From Magnetococcales bacterium (GTDB lineage: Bacteria; Pseudomonadota; Magnetococcia; Magnetococcales; UBA8363), in the NCBI GenBank assembly GCA_002753515.1, contig PEAK01000012.1, positions 2 through 64,001 of the forward strand: a stretch of DNA of 64,000 nt, in the 5' to 3' direction. Of this stretch, positions 1 to 11,004 are shown in pieces (position 1 is the first letter of the stretch; every line of letters starts with the position of its first letter). Both the position numbers and the translations under genes were made by a program. The notes below the pieces were generated by a model, which was not told the DNA's origin, did no database searches, and saw only the letters and a list, made by a program, of their open reading frames with translations.

Positions 1-371
1 CAACGATTTCCACCTTGCAAGATGTTGACGTCAGACTTTCATACCAAAAAAAATCGGCAATGTCCAGATCAGATCACTACCTCTTTGAATCAGAAATATT
101 TTTGTCCCGGAACAAATTCACCCTGTGTCAGTAACAACATGGATTGATGCAATTCCCGAGGGGTTCTGAAGCTGCGTGGGATTGGGTCCGGATACTCCGT
201 GCTGCGAGGGTGGATTGCATCATCATAGCAGTCATCATGGGTGATTTCAGGAACGAATGCGAGGGATCATTTCCAATTCGTGATTGTCTTGTGGTCCACC
301 ATGGTCCGGAACCTGCATTATGGCATCGACTTTGTCAACCCGTCAGTTGCCGTAACGTATGAGGCGTCATC

Positions 372-1112
372 ATGATGAATGGTTGCAGTATCCTGGCCAT
401 TATTCCCGCACGAGGGGGATCCAAAGGGGTGCCCATGAAAAACATACGCATGTTTCATGGCCAACCTTTGCTGGCCTGGACGATCCAGGCCGCTCAAGGG
501 TGTCGGGAGATTGATCGATTGCTACTTTCGAGCGATGATGAGAGGATCATGGAGGTGGCGCGGCATTATGGGTGTGACGTACCATTCGCCCGTCCCCGGG
601 ATTTGGCAACCGATACGGCCACATCCTTGGACGTTGCACGGCATGTTTTGGACCATTTAGAAAAAAAATATGATATCCTTTTATGGTTGCAACCCACCTC
701 CCCTTTGCGGACTTCGGAACACATAAGAGCCGCCCTGGAGGTGGTGGCACAGGGACGTCATAGCAGTTGTGTTTCGGTATGTCGCAGTGCCAAACCACCG
801 GAGTGGATGTTTCGTCTGCAGGACGATCACACCCTGATTCGGGTGGTGCCGCAGGCGCAAGAGGCTGGAAACCGGCAAGCCATCTCTCCCGCCTATGTAT
901 TGAACGGTGCGATTTATGCGTGTTCCATCCCTTGGTTATTGCAGGGGAAATCGTTTACAGACAGCCATACCATCGCCCTGGTCATGGAGGATCGCCATTC
1001 CATCGATATCGATACCGAACAGGATTTTCAGTTGGGGGAATGGTGGATGCGGCACAACCTTCACCTCGTTGTCCCGGACCGCGACCAGGAATGCTTACGT
1101 TTCAGACCATGA
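372..1112 (+). CDS. neuA: Acylneuraminate (CMP-nonulosonate) cytidylyltransferase
   Basis: IIPARGGSKGVPMKNI, LQPTSPLR and SIDIDTEQDF motifs; first gene of a neu/leg block. Confidence 0.9.
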   Translation: MMNGCSILAIIPARGGSKGVPMKNIRMFHGQPLLAWTIQAAQGCREIDRLLLSSDDERIMEVARHYGCDVPFARPRDLATDTATSLDVARHVLDHLEKKYDILLWLQPTSPLRTSEHIRAALEVVAQGRHSSCVSVCRSAKPPEWMFRLQDDHTLIRVVPQAQEAGNRQAISPAYVLNGAIYACSIPWLLQGKSFTDSHTIALVMEDRHSIDIDTEQDFQLGEWWMRHNLHLVVPDRDQECLRFRP

Positions 1113-1131
1113 AGGGTGAAAACAGCGCGCC

Positions 1132-2037
1132 ATGAATATCGTATTGACAGGCAGTTCGGGATATGTCGGTAGTTGCCTGGCCCACCGACTGATCAAAGAG
1201 GGGCATGGTGTTTGGGGTTTCGATAAGAATCCGCCACGCCCCAGCCTGAAAGGCACTGCCAACTACCATCACACCCGGGTTGATCTCAGCGATCTGACGT
1301 TATTGCGCCAAGCCTGCATCGCCCTGCCGGATATCGACATCGGCATCCACGCCGCCGCCAGTCAAGCATTGCAGCACCCCATGGAACTGACCGAGGTCGT
1401 GCGGGACAATTGCCTGGGAACGGCCAACCTGTTGCGCGTTGCCGATGAAAAATCAATCCTGCATTGGGTCATGCTCTCCAGTTCCGGGGTTTATGGTCAA
1501 CCGCAGCCCGTCCCCGTCAGCGAAAACAGTCCCACCCGCCCCCATTCCGCCTATGGTTTGTCAAAATTACACGCGGAGGAATTGTTCCGCTTTTACTGCC
1601 AGCATCACGGCATGCATGCCGTTGTATTACGATGTGATCGGGTTTACGGTATTGGTCAGCAGGTTCCGGGACTGGTTCAATATTTGATCCAGACATTGGA
1701 AAGTTATGAAGATGTTGAACTTTTTAGTCATGGAAACATTCCCTACGACCCGGTCTACATCGACGATGTGATTGGTGCGGTACAACTGGCGATCCAACAT
1801 GTCGCCAGGCAGACTTTGGATGTTTTCAACATAGGCGGAGGCGCCCCCGCCACCAGCCGGGAATTGGCGGAAACCATTAAGAAAAGATTGAAATCATCCA
1901 GCAACATTATCGTTCGCTCTTATGATAATCCAAGCTATTCCCCAACAGCGGTGATGGATATCAGTCGCGCCAGGAGTATTTTGGGTTTTTCACCGGGTAG
2001 CTTGACCGCCAATATGGATATCATGTTGAAACAATGA
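1132..2037 (+). CDS. NAD-dependent epimerase/dehydratase (extended SDR)
   Basis: GSSGYVG Rossmann motif and YGLSK catalytic YxxxK; overlaps the next gene by ATGA. Confidence 0.85.
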   Translation: MNIVLTGSSGYVGSCLAHRLIKEGHGVWGFDKNPPRPSLKGTANYHHTRVDLSDLTLLRQACIALPDIDIGIHAAASQALQHPMELTEVVRDNCLGTANLLRVADEKSILHWVMLSSSGVYGQPQPVPVSENSPTRPHSAYGLSKLHAEELFRFYCQHHGMHAVVLRCDRVYGIGQQVPGLVQYLIQTLESYEDVELFSHGNIPYDPVYIDDVIGAVQLAIQHVARQTLDVFNIGGGAPATSRELAETIKKRLKSSSNIIVRSYDNPSYSPTAVMDISRARSILGFSPGSLTANMDIMLKQ

Positions 2038-3248
2038 CGATGGGATCCCGCGATCACTGCCGCCCCATATCCCGCACCCTTGCCGTACTGACCGGTTCCC
2101 GCGCCGAATATGGACTTCTCAGACCGCTGATGGCCATGATTCGAGCGGATGCCGATGTTCGTTTGCAAACCATCGTTACCGGGATGCACCTGCAGGCGCG
2201 CTTCGGCAACACCGTGCAGGCGATTGAAGGGGATGGATTTGCCATAGACGCCCGGGTTGCCATGCCGGTGGCGGATGATTCCCCGCTGGGTGTGGTTTCG
2301 TCCATGGGACGGGGTATCGTTGGGATTGCCGAGGCACTCGCCCGACTGAAACCCGATCTGCTGATCCTCCTGGGGGATCGTTATGAGGTGTTGTGCGCGG
2401 CCCAGGCCGCCCTGTTGCTGAACATACCCTTGGCGCATATCCATGGGGGCGAGGCGAGCCAGGGGACCATGGATGAGTCGATACGCCATGCCATTACCAA
2501 ATTATCGCATCTGCATTTCACCGCGGCCCAGGCGTATCGTTGGCGGGTGATCCAGATGGGGGAACACCCATCCCGGGTGTGGAATGTTGGTGCCATTGGT
2601 CTGGACAGCCTGCGCACCTTGCCCTTGTTGTCGCGGGAGGCGTTGCAACATGACTTGGCATTTGATTTGGGGGAACATTATTTCCTCATCACCTACCATC
2701 CCGTCACTCTGGATCCGCAGCGCGCCACGGCAGCAATCGATGCCTTGCTGTCCGCTTTGGACCATTTTCCCGGGCATCGGTTGTTGTTCACCGGGGTCAA
2801 TGCCGATCCCGGATATCAAACCATTGACCAACGTATCCGGGAATATTGCCGGCGTCAGCCGCACCGGGTCCACCATGTGCAATCGTTGGGACAGCTCCGT
2901 TATCTTTCGGCCATGACATGGTGTGACGCCGTGGTTGGCAACTCCTCAAGCGGCATCATCGAAGCCCCGGCTTTAAAAAGACCAACGGTGAACGTCGGAC
3001 AGCGGCAGTTGGGACGACTGCGAACCCCGGGTATCGTCGATTGTGACGAATCGGTGGGTGCGATTCGCGATGCCCTGGAGCGGGTGATCGCACCCCATTT
3101 TCAAGACATGGTACGCCATCTGCCCCATCCCTATGGGGATGGACATGCTGCGGAAGCCATTTTTTCCGTGGTCAGCACCTATCCGTTGTCGGACCTGTTG
3201 CTCAAAAAATTTTACGATCTCCCTGAAAACGCGACAACTACTTTGTAA
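2034..3248 (+). CDS. neuC: UDP/GDP-sugar 2-epimerase, hydrolysing (NeuC/LegG family)
   Basis: TGSRAEYGLL, LGDRYE, HIHGGE and GNSSSGIIEAP motifs. Confidence 0.9.
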   Translation: MTMGSRDHCRPISRTLAVLTGSRAEYGLLRPLMAMIRADADVRLQTIVTGMHLQARFGNTVQAIEGDGFAIDARVAMPVADDSPLGVVSSMGRGIVGIAEALARLKPDLLILLGDRYEVLCAAQAALLLNIPLAHIHGGEASQGTMDESIRHAITKLSHLHFTAAQAYRWRVIQMGEHPSRVWNVGAIGLDSLRTLPLLSREALQHDLAFDLGEHYFLITYHPVTLDPQRATAAIDALLSALDHFPGHRLLFTGVNADPGYQTIDQRIREYCRRQPHRVHHVQSLGQLRYLSAMTWCDAVVGNSSSGIIEAPALKRPTVNVGQRQLGRLRTPGIVDCDESVGAIRDALERVIAPHFQDMVRHLPHPYGDGHAAEAIFSVVSTYPLSDLLLKKFYDLPENATTTL

Positions 3249-3254
3249 GCGGTC

Positions 3255-4313
3255 ATGAACAATACATATATCATCGCGGAAGCGGGTGTGAATCACAATG
3301 GCAGTCTGGACCGTGCCATGGACATGGTGGATTGTGCCGCTGCGGCCGGGGCCAATGCCGTCAAGTTTCAAACTTTTATTGCCGAGAATCTGGTGACCGC
3401 CCAGGCCCCCAAAGCCCACTATCAACAACAAACCACCGGTTCCGGTTCCCAACTGAGCATGCTCAAGCAGTTGGAACTGACCCACCAGGATCATTTCGCC
3501 CTTGCCAGGCGTTGCGGTGAGCAGGGGATTGAATTCCTCTCCACCCCTTTCGACATCCCCAGCCTGCATTTTTTGGTGGCATCGCACCTTGTGCGTCGCA
3601 TCAAGATACCATCGGGTGAACTGACGCATGGTCCCTTGTTATACGCTGCCGCGCAAACGGGCCATCCTTTGATCGTTTCCACCGGCATGGCTGATCCCGA
3701 CGAAATTGGATGGGCGTTACGGGTGATTGTCAGCGGATGGCGGGGTGACGACCCGGCGCACATCGATGGACGGGATCCTTTTGTTCCAGACGTGGACTTG
3801 TTGCGGGGCCGGGTGACCCTGCTGCATTGCACCACCAGCTATCCCACCCCCATGGAGGCGGTCAATTTAAGCGCCATGGTTACTTTGCGGCAAACCTTTC
3901 ACACCGATGTGGGCTATTCCGACCATACCCGGGGGATTACGATTCCCATTGCGGCGGTTGCTTTAGGGGCCATGGTCATTGAAAAGCATTTCACCCTGGA
4001 TCGCAACCTGGAGGGTCCCGACCATCGCGCCTCCCTGGAACCGGACGAGTTGACCGCGATGGTTCAGGGGATTCGTCAGGTGGAACGGGCCATGGGGGAT
4101 GGGATCAAACGCCCTGATCAGGTGGAGCGGGGCAATGCCGCAGTGGCCCGCAAGAGTGTGCATGCTTCCCGATTCATACCCCGGGGTGCGTTGTTCACTG
4201 CTGACAACCTTGCCATCAAGCGTCCCGGCACCGGACGTTCCCCGCAAGACTATTGGCGTTTGCTCGGAACCACGGCTTCCAAGGATTACGATCCCGACGA
4301 TCCCATCGATTGA
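3255..4313 (+). CDS. neuB: N-acetylneuraminate/legionaminate synthase with C-terminal SAF domain
   Basis: IIAEAGVNHNG, KFQTF, GYSDHT, IEKHFTLD and KRPGTG motifs. Confidence 0.92.
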   Translation: MNNTYIIAEAGVNHNGSLDRAMDMVDCAAAAGANAVKFQTFIAENLVTAQAPKAHYQQQTTGSGSQLSMLKQLELTHQDHFALARRCGEQGIEFLSTPFDIPSLHFLVASHLVRRIKIPSGELTHGPLLYAAAQTGHPLIVSTGMADPDEIGWALRVIVSGWRGDDPAHIDGRDPFVPDVDLLRGRVTLLHCTTSYPTPMEAVNLSAMVTLRQTFHTDVGYSDHTRGITIPIAAVALGAMVIEKHFTLDRNLEGPDHRASLEPDELTAMVQGIRQVERAMGDGIKRPDQVERGNAAVARKSVHASRFIPRGALFTADNLAIKRPGTGRSPQDYWRLLGTTASKDYDPDDPID

Positions 4314-4386
4314 TTGTTTTCAAGTCGATTCGCAATGGCCTGATTGGTCCAGGGATCGGTTTGTGACCAATGTATCGAGAACAATC

Positions 4387-7044
4387 TTAAACGGCGAGTG
4401 CTTTGTGAACCAGTTCATGGATATCTCTGGCCAAATCGGGCAGTGCCGCAATTGAGCGGAGTGCTTCCAACATCAACCGCCCCCGTTGTTCTTCAAACCG
4501 CTTCCATGGCAACAGAGGCGTTAGCATGCGAGCCGCCACCTGCGGATTGATCCCGTTCAGATTTTCAATGATTGTCACCAGGAAGCGATAGCCTTCACCA
4601 CTGCCAGCATGAAACCGGTACGGGTTGGTGTGGCAAAACGCTCCGATCAAAGCCCGGACTTTGTTGGGATTGTTCATACTGAATTGGGTATGATGCAACA
4701 ACAGTTTCACCCGTTCCAATGTTTTTAATGCCGGTGAGGTGGCTTGGATGGAAAACCATTTGTCCATGACCAACGGATCATTTTTCCAACGTTTTTGGAA
4801 ATCATCCAGGATATCTTGCGCGCTGGGGTGTTCTTCGTGCGCCAGTTTGACCAGGGCCAGCAAACGATCTGTCATATTGTCCGTGGTTTCATACTGCGTG
4901 ACGGCCAGGTTGCCGAAGCGCTGACAATCACCCGTAACCAAATAATCCAGGCAGTAATTTTTCAAGGTCCGTCGTCCAACGGCCTGCCGATCATACCGAT
5001 AGCTTTTATCTTTTTCTGCAAGGGTCTGATACAATTCCAGCAAATACTCCGCGAAATTGTGTGCCAGACGCTTTTTAAAGCGGCGTCGCACAACATAAAC
5101 CCCCTCGGGTTCGCCCCTGGGCATTTGGTCCAGCAGATATTTCTCATCGGGCAACATCAGCAGCATGGCCTTGTCCATGGGTTGCAGGGCTGGATCTTGC
5201 ACATTTTTCTTGAATCCCTCCAGGTAGGCTTCGGGAACGATGAAATTTTCTCCCCGTTGCCAATGTTCGATGGCGTTGAGCAATAATTTGCTGGCGAAAG
5301 CCTGTCCGCCCTCCCAACGATTGAAACCGTCGCCGTCATGGCACCAGAGGAATCCCATCTCTTCGTTGGTAAGGTTGGAATGCAGTCGCACCGGGGCGGA
5401 AAAATGCCGCAATACCGATGGTACCGGTCGACGGGGGACCCGGGAAAAGGTGAAGGTCTGTTTTTCCGCGACCAGTTCCAACAATCGGGTTGTGGGTCCT
5501 GATTCCGAGCCGTCCAGGTGTAGAGGGATTTCCCGACCATTGTTATCCAGCAAGGCGACGATGATGGGAATGGGAAATGGTTTTTTGCTTGGTTGTCCCG
5601 GGGTGGGCGGGCAATTTTGCTGAAAAGTCAGGGTACAGGTTTGTTGTTTGGCATCGTAGTCGTACTGGAGCGTGACCACCGGGGTGCCCGATTGTTGGTA
5701 CCACAGCAGGAACGGGCGCAGATCGCGACCACTTCCAGACGACATGGCCGTCAGGAAATCTTCCACCGTGACGGCCTGACCATCGAAGCGTGAAAAATAG
5801 TCGTCCATGCCCCGGCGGAAACCGTCGGTACCCAACAACGTCGCCAACATGCGTACCACTTCGGCACCCTTGTTGTAGATCGTCATGGTGTAAAAATTAT
5901 TGATTTCCATGTAGGAGTCGGGTCTGACCGGATGCGCTGTCGGGCCGGCATCCTCGGGGAATTGCAAACTTCGGAGTGTTCGCACCGCTTCGATGCGTCC
6001 GATGGCTTTGGTGGTGACTTCGTCGGCGCTGAACTCCTGATCGCGATAGACCGTCAAACCTTCCTTCAGACTGAGTTGGAACCAATCGCGGCAGGTGATG
6101 CGATTGCCCGTCCAATTGTGGAAATATTCGTGGGCGATGACGCTTTCAATTTGTTGATAATCGAGATCGGTTGCCGTTTGTGGTTGCGCCAGGACATATT
6201 TGGCGTTGAACAGGTTCAATCCTTTGTTTTCCATGGCCCCCATGTTGAAGTCATTGACGGCGACGATTTGGTAGAGATCCAGGTCGTATTCGCGACCGAA
6301 GCGTCTTTCGTCCCACGCCATGGCTTTCGTTAATGCCGTTAACGCATGTTGGCACTTATCGCTGTTTTCCGGCTCCACATAGACATGCAAGGTGATTTCA
6401 CGTCCACTCGCCGTGGTGAACCCGCCGGTGGCGCAATAAAGATTTCCAGCAACCAAAGCAAAGAGATACGATGGTTTTTTATAGGGATCATCCCAGGTGA
6501 CCACCCTTTTCCCATCTTGCGTTAACACGGAACTCACTAGGTTACCGTTAGACAGAAGGGCATTGTACCTTCCCTCGTCCGCCTCCAAGATCACCCGATA
6601 CCGTGTCATCACATCGGGACGATCGGGGAAATAGGTGATCTTGCGCAATCCCTCCGGTTCACATTGGGTACACAAAATATCCTTCGAGCAAAACAACCCC
6701 TCCAGGGATGTGTTGGTTCGGGGATGGACGCAGGTGGTCAATGCCAATGTGCAACGATCTCCCACGCCATGTACCGTCATCCCTTCCTCATCCAAGGAAT
6801 AGGATCCCGTTGCCAACGGTTCCCCATTCATCCTGGCTTCCAGCAACTGCAAATGTCTGCCGTCCAGACGCAGATCGGCAGGGGCGGACTCGCCGCCGAT
6901 CCCGGGATTTTTGATCAGGACCATCTCCGATGCTACCACGGTTCGATCGGGATCAAGCTTGAAATGCAGTTGTACCGATTCCACCGAAAAGGCTGGGGGA
7001 CGGTAGTCTTTCAAGTAAACGATTTCTTTGGGTTTGCCGGACAT
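4387..7044 (-). CDS. pepN: Aminopeptidase N (M1 family)
   Basis: GAMEN and HEYFH...E zinc motifs; C-terminal NPNKVRALIGAF. Confidence 0.95.
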   Translation of the reverse strand: MSGKPKEIVYLKDYRPPAFSVESVQLHFKLDPDRTVVASEMVLIKNPGIGGESAPADLRLDGRHLQLLEARMNGEPLATGSYSLDEEGMTVHGVGDRCTLALTTCVHPRTNTSLEGLFCSKDILCTQCEPEGLRKITYFPDRPDVMTRYRVILEADEGRYNALLSNGNLVSSVLTQDGKRVVTWDDPYKKPSYLFALVAGNLYCATGGFTTASGREITLHVYVEPENSDKCQHALTALTKAMAWDERRFGREYDLDLYQIVAVNDFNMGAMENKGLNLFNAKYVLAQPQTATDLDYQQIESVIAHEYFHNWTGNRITCRDWFQLSLKEGLTVYRDQEFSADEVTTKAIGRIEAVRTLRSLQFPEDAGPTAHPVRPDSYMEINNFYTMTIYNKGAEVVRMLATLLGTDGFRRGMDDYFSRFDGQAVTVEDFLTAMSSGSGRDLRPFLLWYQQSGTPVVTLQYDYDAKQQTCTLTFQQNCPPTPGQPSKKPFPIPIIVALLDNNGREIPLHLDGSESGPTTRLLELVAEKQTFTFSRVPRRPVPSVLRHFSAPVRLHSNLTNEEMGFLWCHDGDGFNRWEGGQAFASKLLLNAIEHWQRGENFIVPEAYLEGFKKNVQDPALQPMDKAMLLMLPDEKYLLDQMPRGEPEGVYVVRRRFKKRLAHNFAEYLLELYQTLAEKDKSYRYDRQAVGRRTLKNYCLDYLVTGDCQRFGNLAVTQYETTDNMTDRLLALVKLAHEEHPSAQDILDDFQKRWKNDPLVMDKWFSIQATSPALKTLERVKLLLHHTQFSMNNPNKVRALIGAFCHTNPYRFHAGSGEGYRFLVTIIENLNGINPQVAARMLTPLLPWKRFEEQRGRLMLEALRSIAALPDLARDIHELVHKALAV

Positions 7045-7120
7045 GAGGGGGAACCTTTGTTAAGGTTGGTACAGTCAGGTCAGGTTGGTCTCGGGCACGC
7101 CAACCTGGAATGAATTCAAT

Positions 7121-10100
7121 TCAATTGAACAGGATGGGGTCCACCTTTTGGCTTTGTATCTTGCGCAGAAAATCCTGCTGCCAGGAATCACCCAACACCC
7201 TGGCCGCCAGATGGACGGCAAGGAAGTCGGTCTCCATGTCAAGGGCGTGACCGATGCGGGACAACCCCTGATAACACGAGGGACACGACGTCATGATGCG
7301 GCAGGGACGGGATCGCCCCCCATCCGCTGCGGCCCGTTCCATGACCCCCTTTTTCCCGAGGCGGGATCGATTGGCCGTTTCCGGATGGGCCAAGGCAAAC
7401 GTACCCGCTTCGCTGCAACAGCGATCGGTCAAACGAACCTCGGAACCGGTCAGGGCGGCGACCACACGGGCGGGGGCATGGTGGGTCATGGGGGAGTGGC
7501 ACGGGTCGTGAAACAATAGGGTTTCCTCAACCTGAGATTGCGTACGTATCCCACGTTCAAACAAGAATTCATGAATGTCCATCACCCGGCAACCGGGAAA
7601 GATGCTCGCCAGATGATAGGATTGCAACTGGCTCAAACAAGTGCCACACGATACCAGAACCGTTTTGATTTGCAGAAAATCCACGGTATTGGCAACCCGA
7701 TGCAACAAGACCCGGTTTTCCAGACTCATCCTGCGGCTTCGGGCGGCATCCCCACCCCCTTTTTGCGGAAAACCACAACACATGTATGTCGGGGGCAGGA
7801 CGGTTTGAATCCCCAGATGATGGATCAACGCCAGGGTGGCCAGGGCGATATCGCTGAAAAGACGTTCACAGCCGCACCCGGGGAAATAAAAGACGGTCTC
7901 CAAGGTGTGGTCGGGTCGGGAAACCACCGGTACCCAGGGGATCCCCGGTTTGTCGTCCCACCCCAGCAAGGTCCTGGCACTCCCCCCCGTGCTGGGCAGG
8001 GGCAGCCGGGTGTGCAGCATTCCCGTAAGGGCGGCAACCCGGGGTTTGATCCAGGGTCGCCGAGCGCTCCAGGTCAGGAGCTTTCGCAATGCCGGGCTCC
8101 GGTTGACAAGCCAATGGGCCGTGCGCTGCGCCTTGTAGGCGGGAATCAATAAATAACGACGGAAAAATCGAATGATACCAGGATGTTGTGTTGTCAGAAA
8201 GGCCAGGGCCAAACGTTGCGGCAGCAAGGACAAACGGCGGCGGGCCGGTATACCCCGCATGGCGACTGTGACCAATCCGAAATCGATATGTACCGGACAG
8301 GGAACCTGACAACGATGGCATACGGCGCAATGGTCGGCCAGATCGACGAACTGTGTCAGGTTTTGTACGGAGAGTCCGCGACGGGTTTGTTCCTCATACA
8401 AATAGGCTTCGATGGCGAGACCCAATGCCAATATTTTATTGCGTGGCGAATAAAACAGCCCACTTTCCGGGACATGGGTGGTACACACCTCCTTGCACTT
8501 GCCACAACGCAAACAATGGCGAATAGCATCGTTCAGCCCCCCCATGGCGCTCTCTTCCAGGATGATGGCCTCCTGTTGCACCAAGCGCAAGGATGGGGTA
8601 TAGGCGCGTTCCATGACCGGTTCCGCGAAAAACATCCCCACCGGCAACAACTTGCCCTTGTTGAACCGATGGAAGGGATCCACCTGTTGCTTGTAGCGGA
8701 CGAACTGATCCACCTCGGCGGGTTCCAGATGGGCGAACTTGGTCATGCCGATCCCATGTTCCCCGGATATTTTCCCACCCAATTGCACCGCCAGGGTCAT
8801 GAGATGATCGACGATGCGCTCCGCTTCCCGCAACATGTCATAATCGTTGGAGTTGACCGGAATGTTGGTGTGCACATTGCCGTCGCCCGCATGCATGTGC
8901 AGGGCGATGAAAATACGCCGGGCGCGCCCCTGTTTGTGAACGTCATCCAGACGACTCTGCAAGGATTGCCAATGTTCCCCGGAAAACAAGTCGCGCAACG
9001 GTTCCCGCACCTCCTTGCGGAAGGAGGGGGCGATTGCGCCGCGCAACAACCATTGAATCAACGGTTCCCGCAAGGTTTCCTCCGATGTCGGCGCGGGGAT
9101 CACCTGTGCCAGAACGGGATCATAAGCCGGGGTATCCAAATGCATCAGCAAGGTTTGCCAACGCTGCCGCACCTCCTGGAGCAATCCGAGGGCGGCCTGT
9201 TGCTTGTCGGTGATGATGCGTTGCCCCTCCAGGCTGGGGGTGCGATCCCCCGGGGATTGCATCTCGATCACCAGACTGACGAATTCATCCAGGATGGCAA
9301 TCTTGTTTTTCAATGATTGCTCAATGTTGATGCGTTCGACCCCATGGTTGTACTCGGCCAGTTTCTCCAGGGGTATGACAATATCTTCGTTGATTTTAAA
9401 GGCGTTGGTATGTTTGGCAATGGCGGCGGTCCGGGAACGGTCGGCCCAGAATCGTTGCCGATCCTCCGGGGATGCCGCAATAAACCCTTCCCCATCGCGT
9501 TCCCGGGCCAGGCTGACCACTTGTTGCGAAGCCTCCAGCACAGTTTGCTCTTCTTCCCCGACGATATCGGCCAGGAGTACCATGCGTGGTCGCTCATTGC
9601 GCGCCGATTTGGTGTTGTAATCCACCGCCTTGATATAGCGGGCGTCCATGTGTTCCAACCCGGCGCAGCCCACCCGGGGGTGACGATCCAGATAGTCTTT
9701 GATCTCGACAATGGCCGGTACCGCTTTTCCCAGTTCCATGCCAAAAAATTCCAGACAGACGGTGCGAATATGTTGGAACCCCGGATGCAGTAAAAAGACG
9801 GCGCTGGTAATGACACCATCGCAACCTTCTTTCTGCACCCCGGGCAAGCCACCCAGTGCCTTGTTGGTGACATCCTTGCCCAATCCTGGTTTGCGAATGA
9901 GCGATACCGGTATTTCCAGCAGTTCTTCCCCGGCTTGATCCCGGGAATGGCCCGGTTGCCAGCGCAGCAGACGGAAACGGGCCACGGGTTGGTCATGGAT
10001 CTTCCCCTGATTGTGCCCCAGCCGTTCCACCAGCAGCCAATGGCCGTCGGGGGTGACCATGGTCCAGGAAACCAGGTTGTCCAGGGTGGTCCCCCACAGC

Positions 10101-10969
10101 ACCGCCTTTTTGCCGCCGGCGTTCATGGCGATATTGCCACCGATGGTTGAGGCTTGTTTGGACGTGGGATCCACGGCAAAAACCAATCCCTCCCGTTGCG
10201 CCGCCAACGCTACGTGATGGGTGACCGCCCCCGCTTCGACACGGATGGTGGCCGCCTGTACCGTTGTTCCGGGCAGGGTCAGGTGGCGCACGGGACCGAT
10301 GGCGTTCAACCGTTCCATGTTTAAAATGGCGGTGCGGGAAAACAACGGAACCCCGGCACCGGTATACCCGGTACCACCGCCACGGGCGATCATGGTGATT
10401 TCCAATTGATTGCAAATGGCGACAATCGTTGGCCATTCTTCTTCACGATGCGCCGTGATGACCACGAAGGGATATTCCACCCGCCAATCGGTGGCATCGG
10501 TTACCGAAGCCACACGGGCAATGACGGAAAAATCAAGGTGGGTGGAGGGGCTTTGCTGGCCAACGAGCTGCGCCAGTCGTTGCCGCAACTCACGAAATTC
10601 CCGGATTTCTTTCGCCATCTTTTCCAGGGCGGCCCGGACCCGGACCAGAAGAATGCCAACCTGGGGCAAATCCCGGGATCGCTCCTCAATGGCCAGAACC
10701 CGACGAAAACTGTCGGCCATGAATGCTTTAAGCCGCTTATCGTTGACCAGCAGTTCTTCCTGAAGGATGGGATTGCGATCAACGATCCACAAATCCCCCA
10801 ATATCTCGAACAACATGCGTTGCGATTGGCCGGTCCGGCGTTGGGTGGCCAATGTTTCCAACAATTTCCACATGTCCACCCCGAGAAAACGCTGGACGAT
10901 TTCCCGGTCGGAAAACGAGGTGTAGTTGTAGGGGATTTCCCGCAGATGGGCTTGGGCGGATTCGGACAT
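7121..10969 (-). CDS. DUF3683-type FAD-binding Fe-S oxidoreductase (FAD_binding_4 + 4Fe-4S + CCG domains)
   Basis: REIPYNYTSFSDREIV N-terminus, RGGGTG, HAGDGNVH, SGEHGIG, CLRCGKC, CAVCHRC and CCG motifs. Confidence 0.85.
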   Translation of the reverse strand: MSESAQAHLREIPYNYTSFSDREIVQRFLGVDMWKLLETLATQRRTGQSQRMLFEILGDLWIVDRNPILQEELLVNDKRLKAFMADSFRRVLAIEERSRDLPQVGILLVRVRAALEKMAKEIREFRELRQRLAQLVGQQSPSTHLDFSVIARVASVTDATDWRVEYPFVVITAHREEEWPTIVAICNQLEITMIARGGGTGYTGAGVPLFSRTAILNMERLNAIGPVRHLTLPGTTVQAATIRVEAGAVTHHVALAAQREGLVFAVDPTSKQASTIGGNIAMNAGGKKAVLWGTTLDNLVSWTMVTPDGHWLLVERLGHNQGKIHDQPVARFRLLRWQPGHSRDQAGEELLEIPVSLIRKPGLGKDVTNKALGGLPGVQKEGCDGVITSAVFLLHPGFQHIRTVCLEFFGMELGKAVPAIVEIKDYLDRHPRVGCAGLEHMDARYIKAVDYNTKSARNERPRMVLLADIVGEEEQTVLEASQQVVSLARERDGEGFIAASPEDRQRFWADRSRTAAIAKHTNAFKINEDIVIPLEKLAEYNHGVERINIEQSLKNKIAILDEFVSLVIEMQSPGDRTPSLEGQRIITDKQQAALGLLQEVRQRWQTLLMHLDTPAYDPVLAQVIPAPTSEETLREPLIQWLLRGAIAPSFRKEVREPLRDLFSGEHWQSLQSRLDDVHKQGRARRIFIALHMHAGDGNVHTNIPVNSNDYDMLREAERIVDHLMTLAVQLGGKISGEHGIGMTKFAHLEPAEVDQFVRYKQQVDPFHRFNKGKLLPVGMFFAEPVMERAYTPSLRLVQQEAIILEESAMGGLNDAIRHCLRCGKCKEVCTTHVPESGLFYSPRNKILALGLAIEAYLYEEQTRRGLSVQNLTQFVDLADHCAVCHRCQVPCPVHIDFGLVTVAMRGIPARRRLSLLPQRLALAFLTTQHPGIIRFFRRYLLIPAYKAQRTAHWLVNRSPALRKLLTWSARRPWIKPRVAALTGMLHTRLPLPSTGGSARTLLGWDDKPGIPWVPVVSRPDHTLETVFYFPGCGCERLFSDIALATLALIHHLGIQTVLPPTYMCCGFPQKGGGDAARSRRMSLENRVLLHRVANTVDFLQIKTVLVSCGTCLSQLQSYHLASIFPGCRVMDIHEFLFERGIRTQSQVEETLLFHDPCHSPMTHHAPARVVAALTGSEVRLTDRCCSEAGTFALAHPETANRSRLGKKGVMERAAADGGRSRPCRIMTSCPSCYQGLSRIGHALDMETDFLAVHLAARVLGDSWQQDFLRKIQSQKVDPILFN

Positions 10970-11004
10970 GGAGCCGTGGGTGACAATGGAAAAGGGGAGA
11001 AATG

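Noticed and set aside
1-362. Possible gene upstream of neuA (72-aa ORF 144-362)
   Set aside because: No recognisable motifs in any frame checked by hand; cannot be supported.
8183-9316. 377-aa plus-strand ORF
   Set aside because: Antisense shadow of the DUF3683 oxidoreductase with no recognisable motifs; expected in GC-rich coding DNA.
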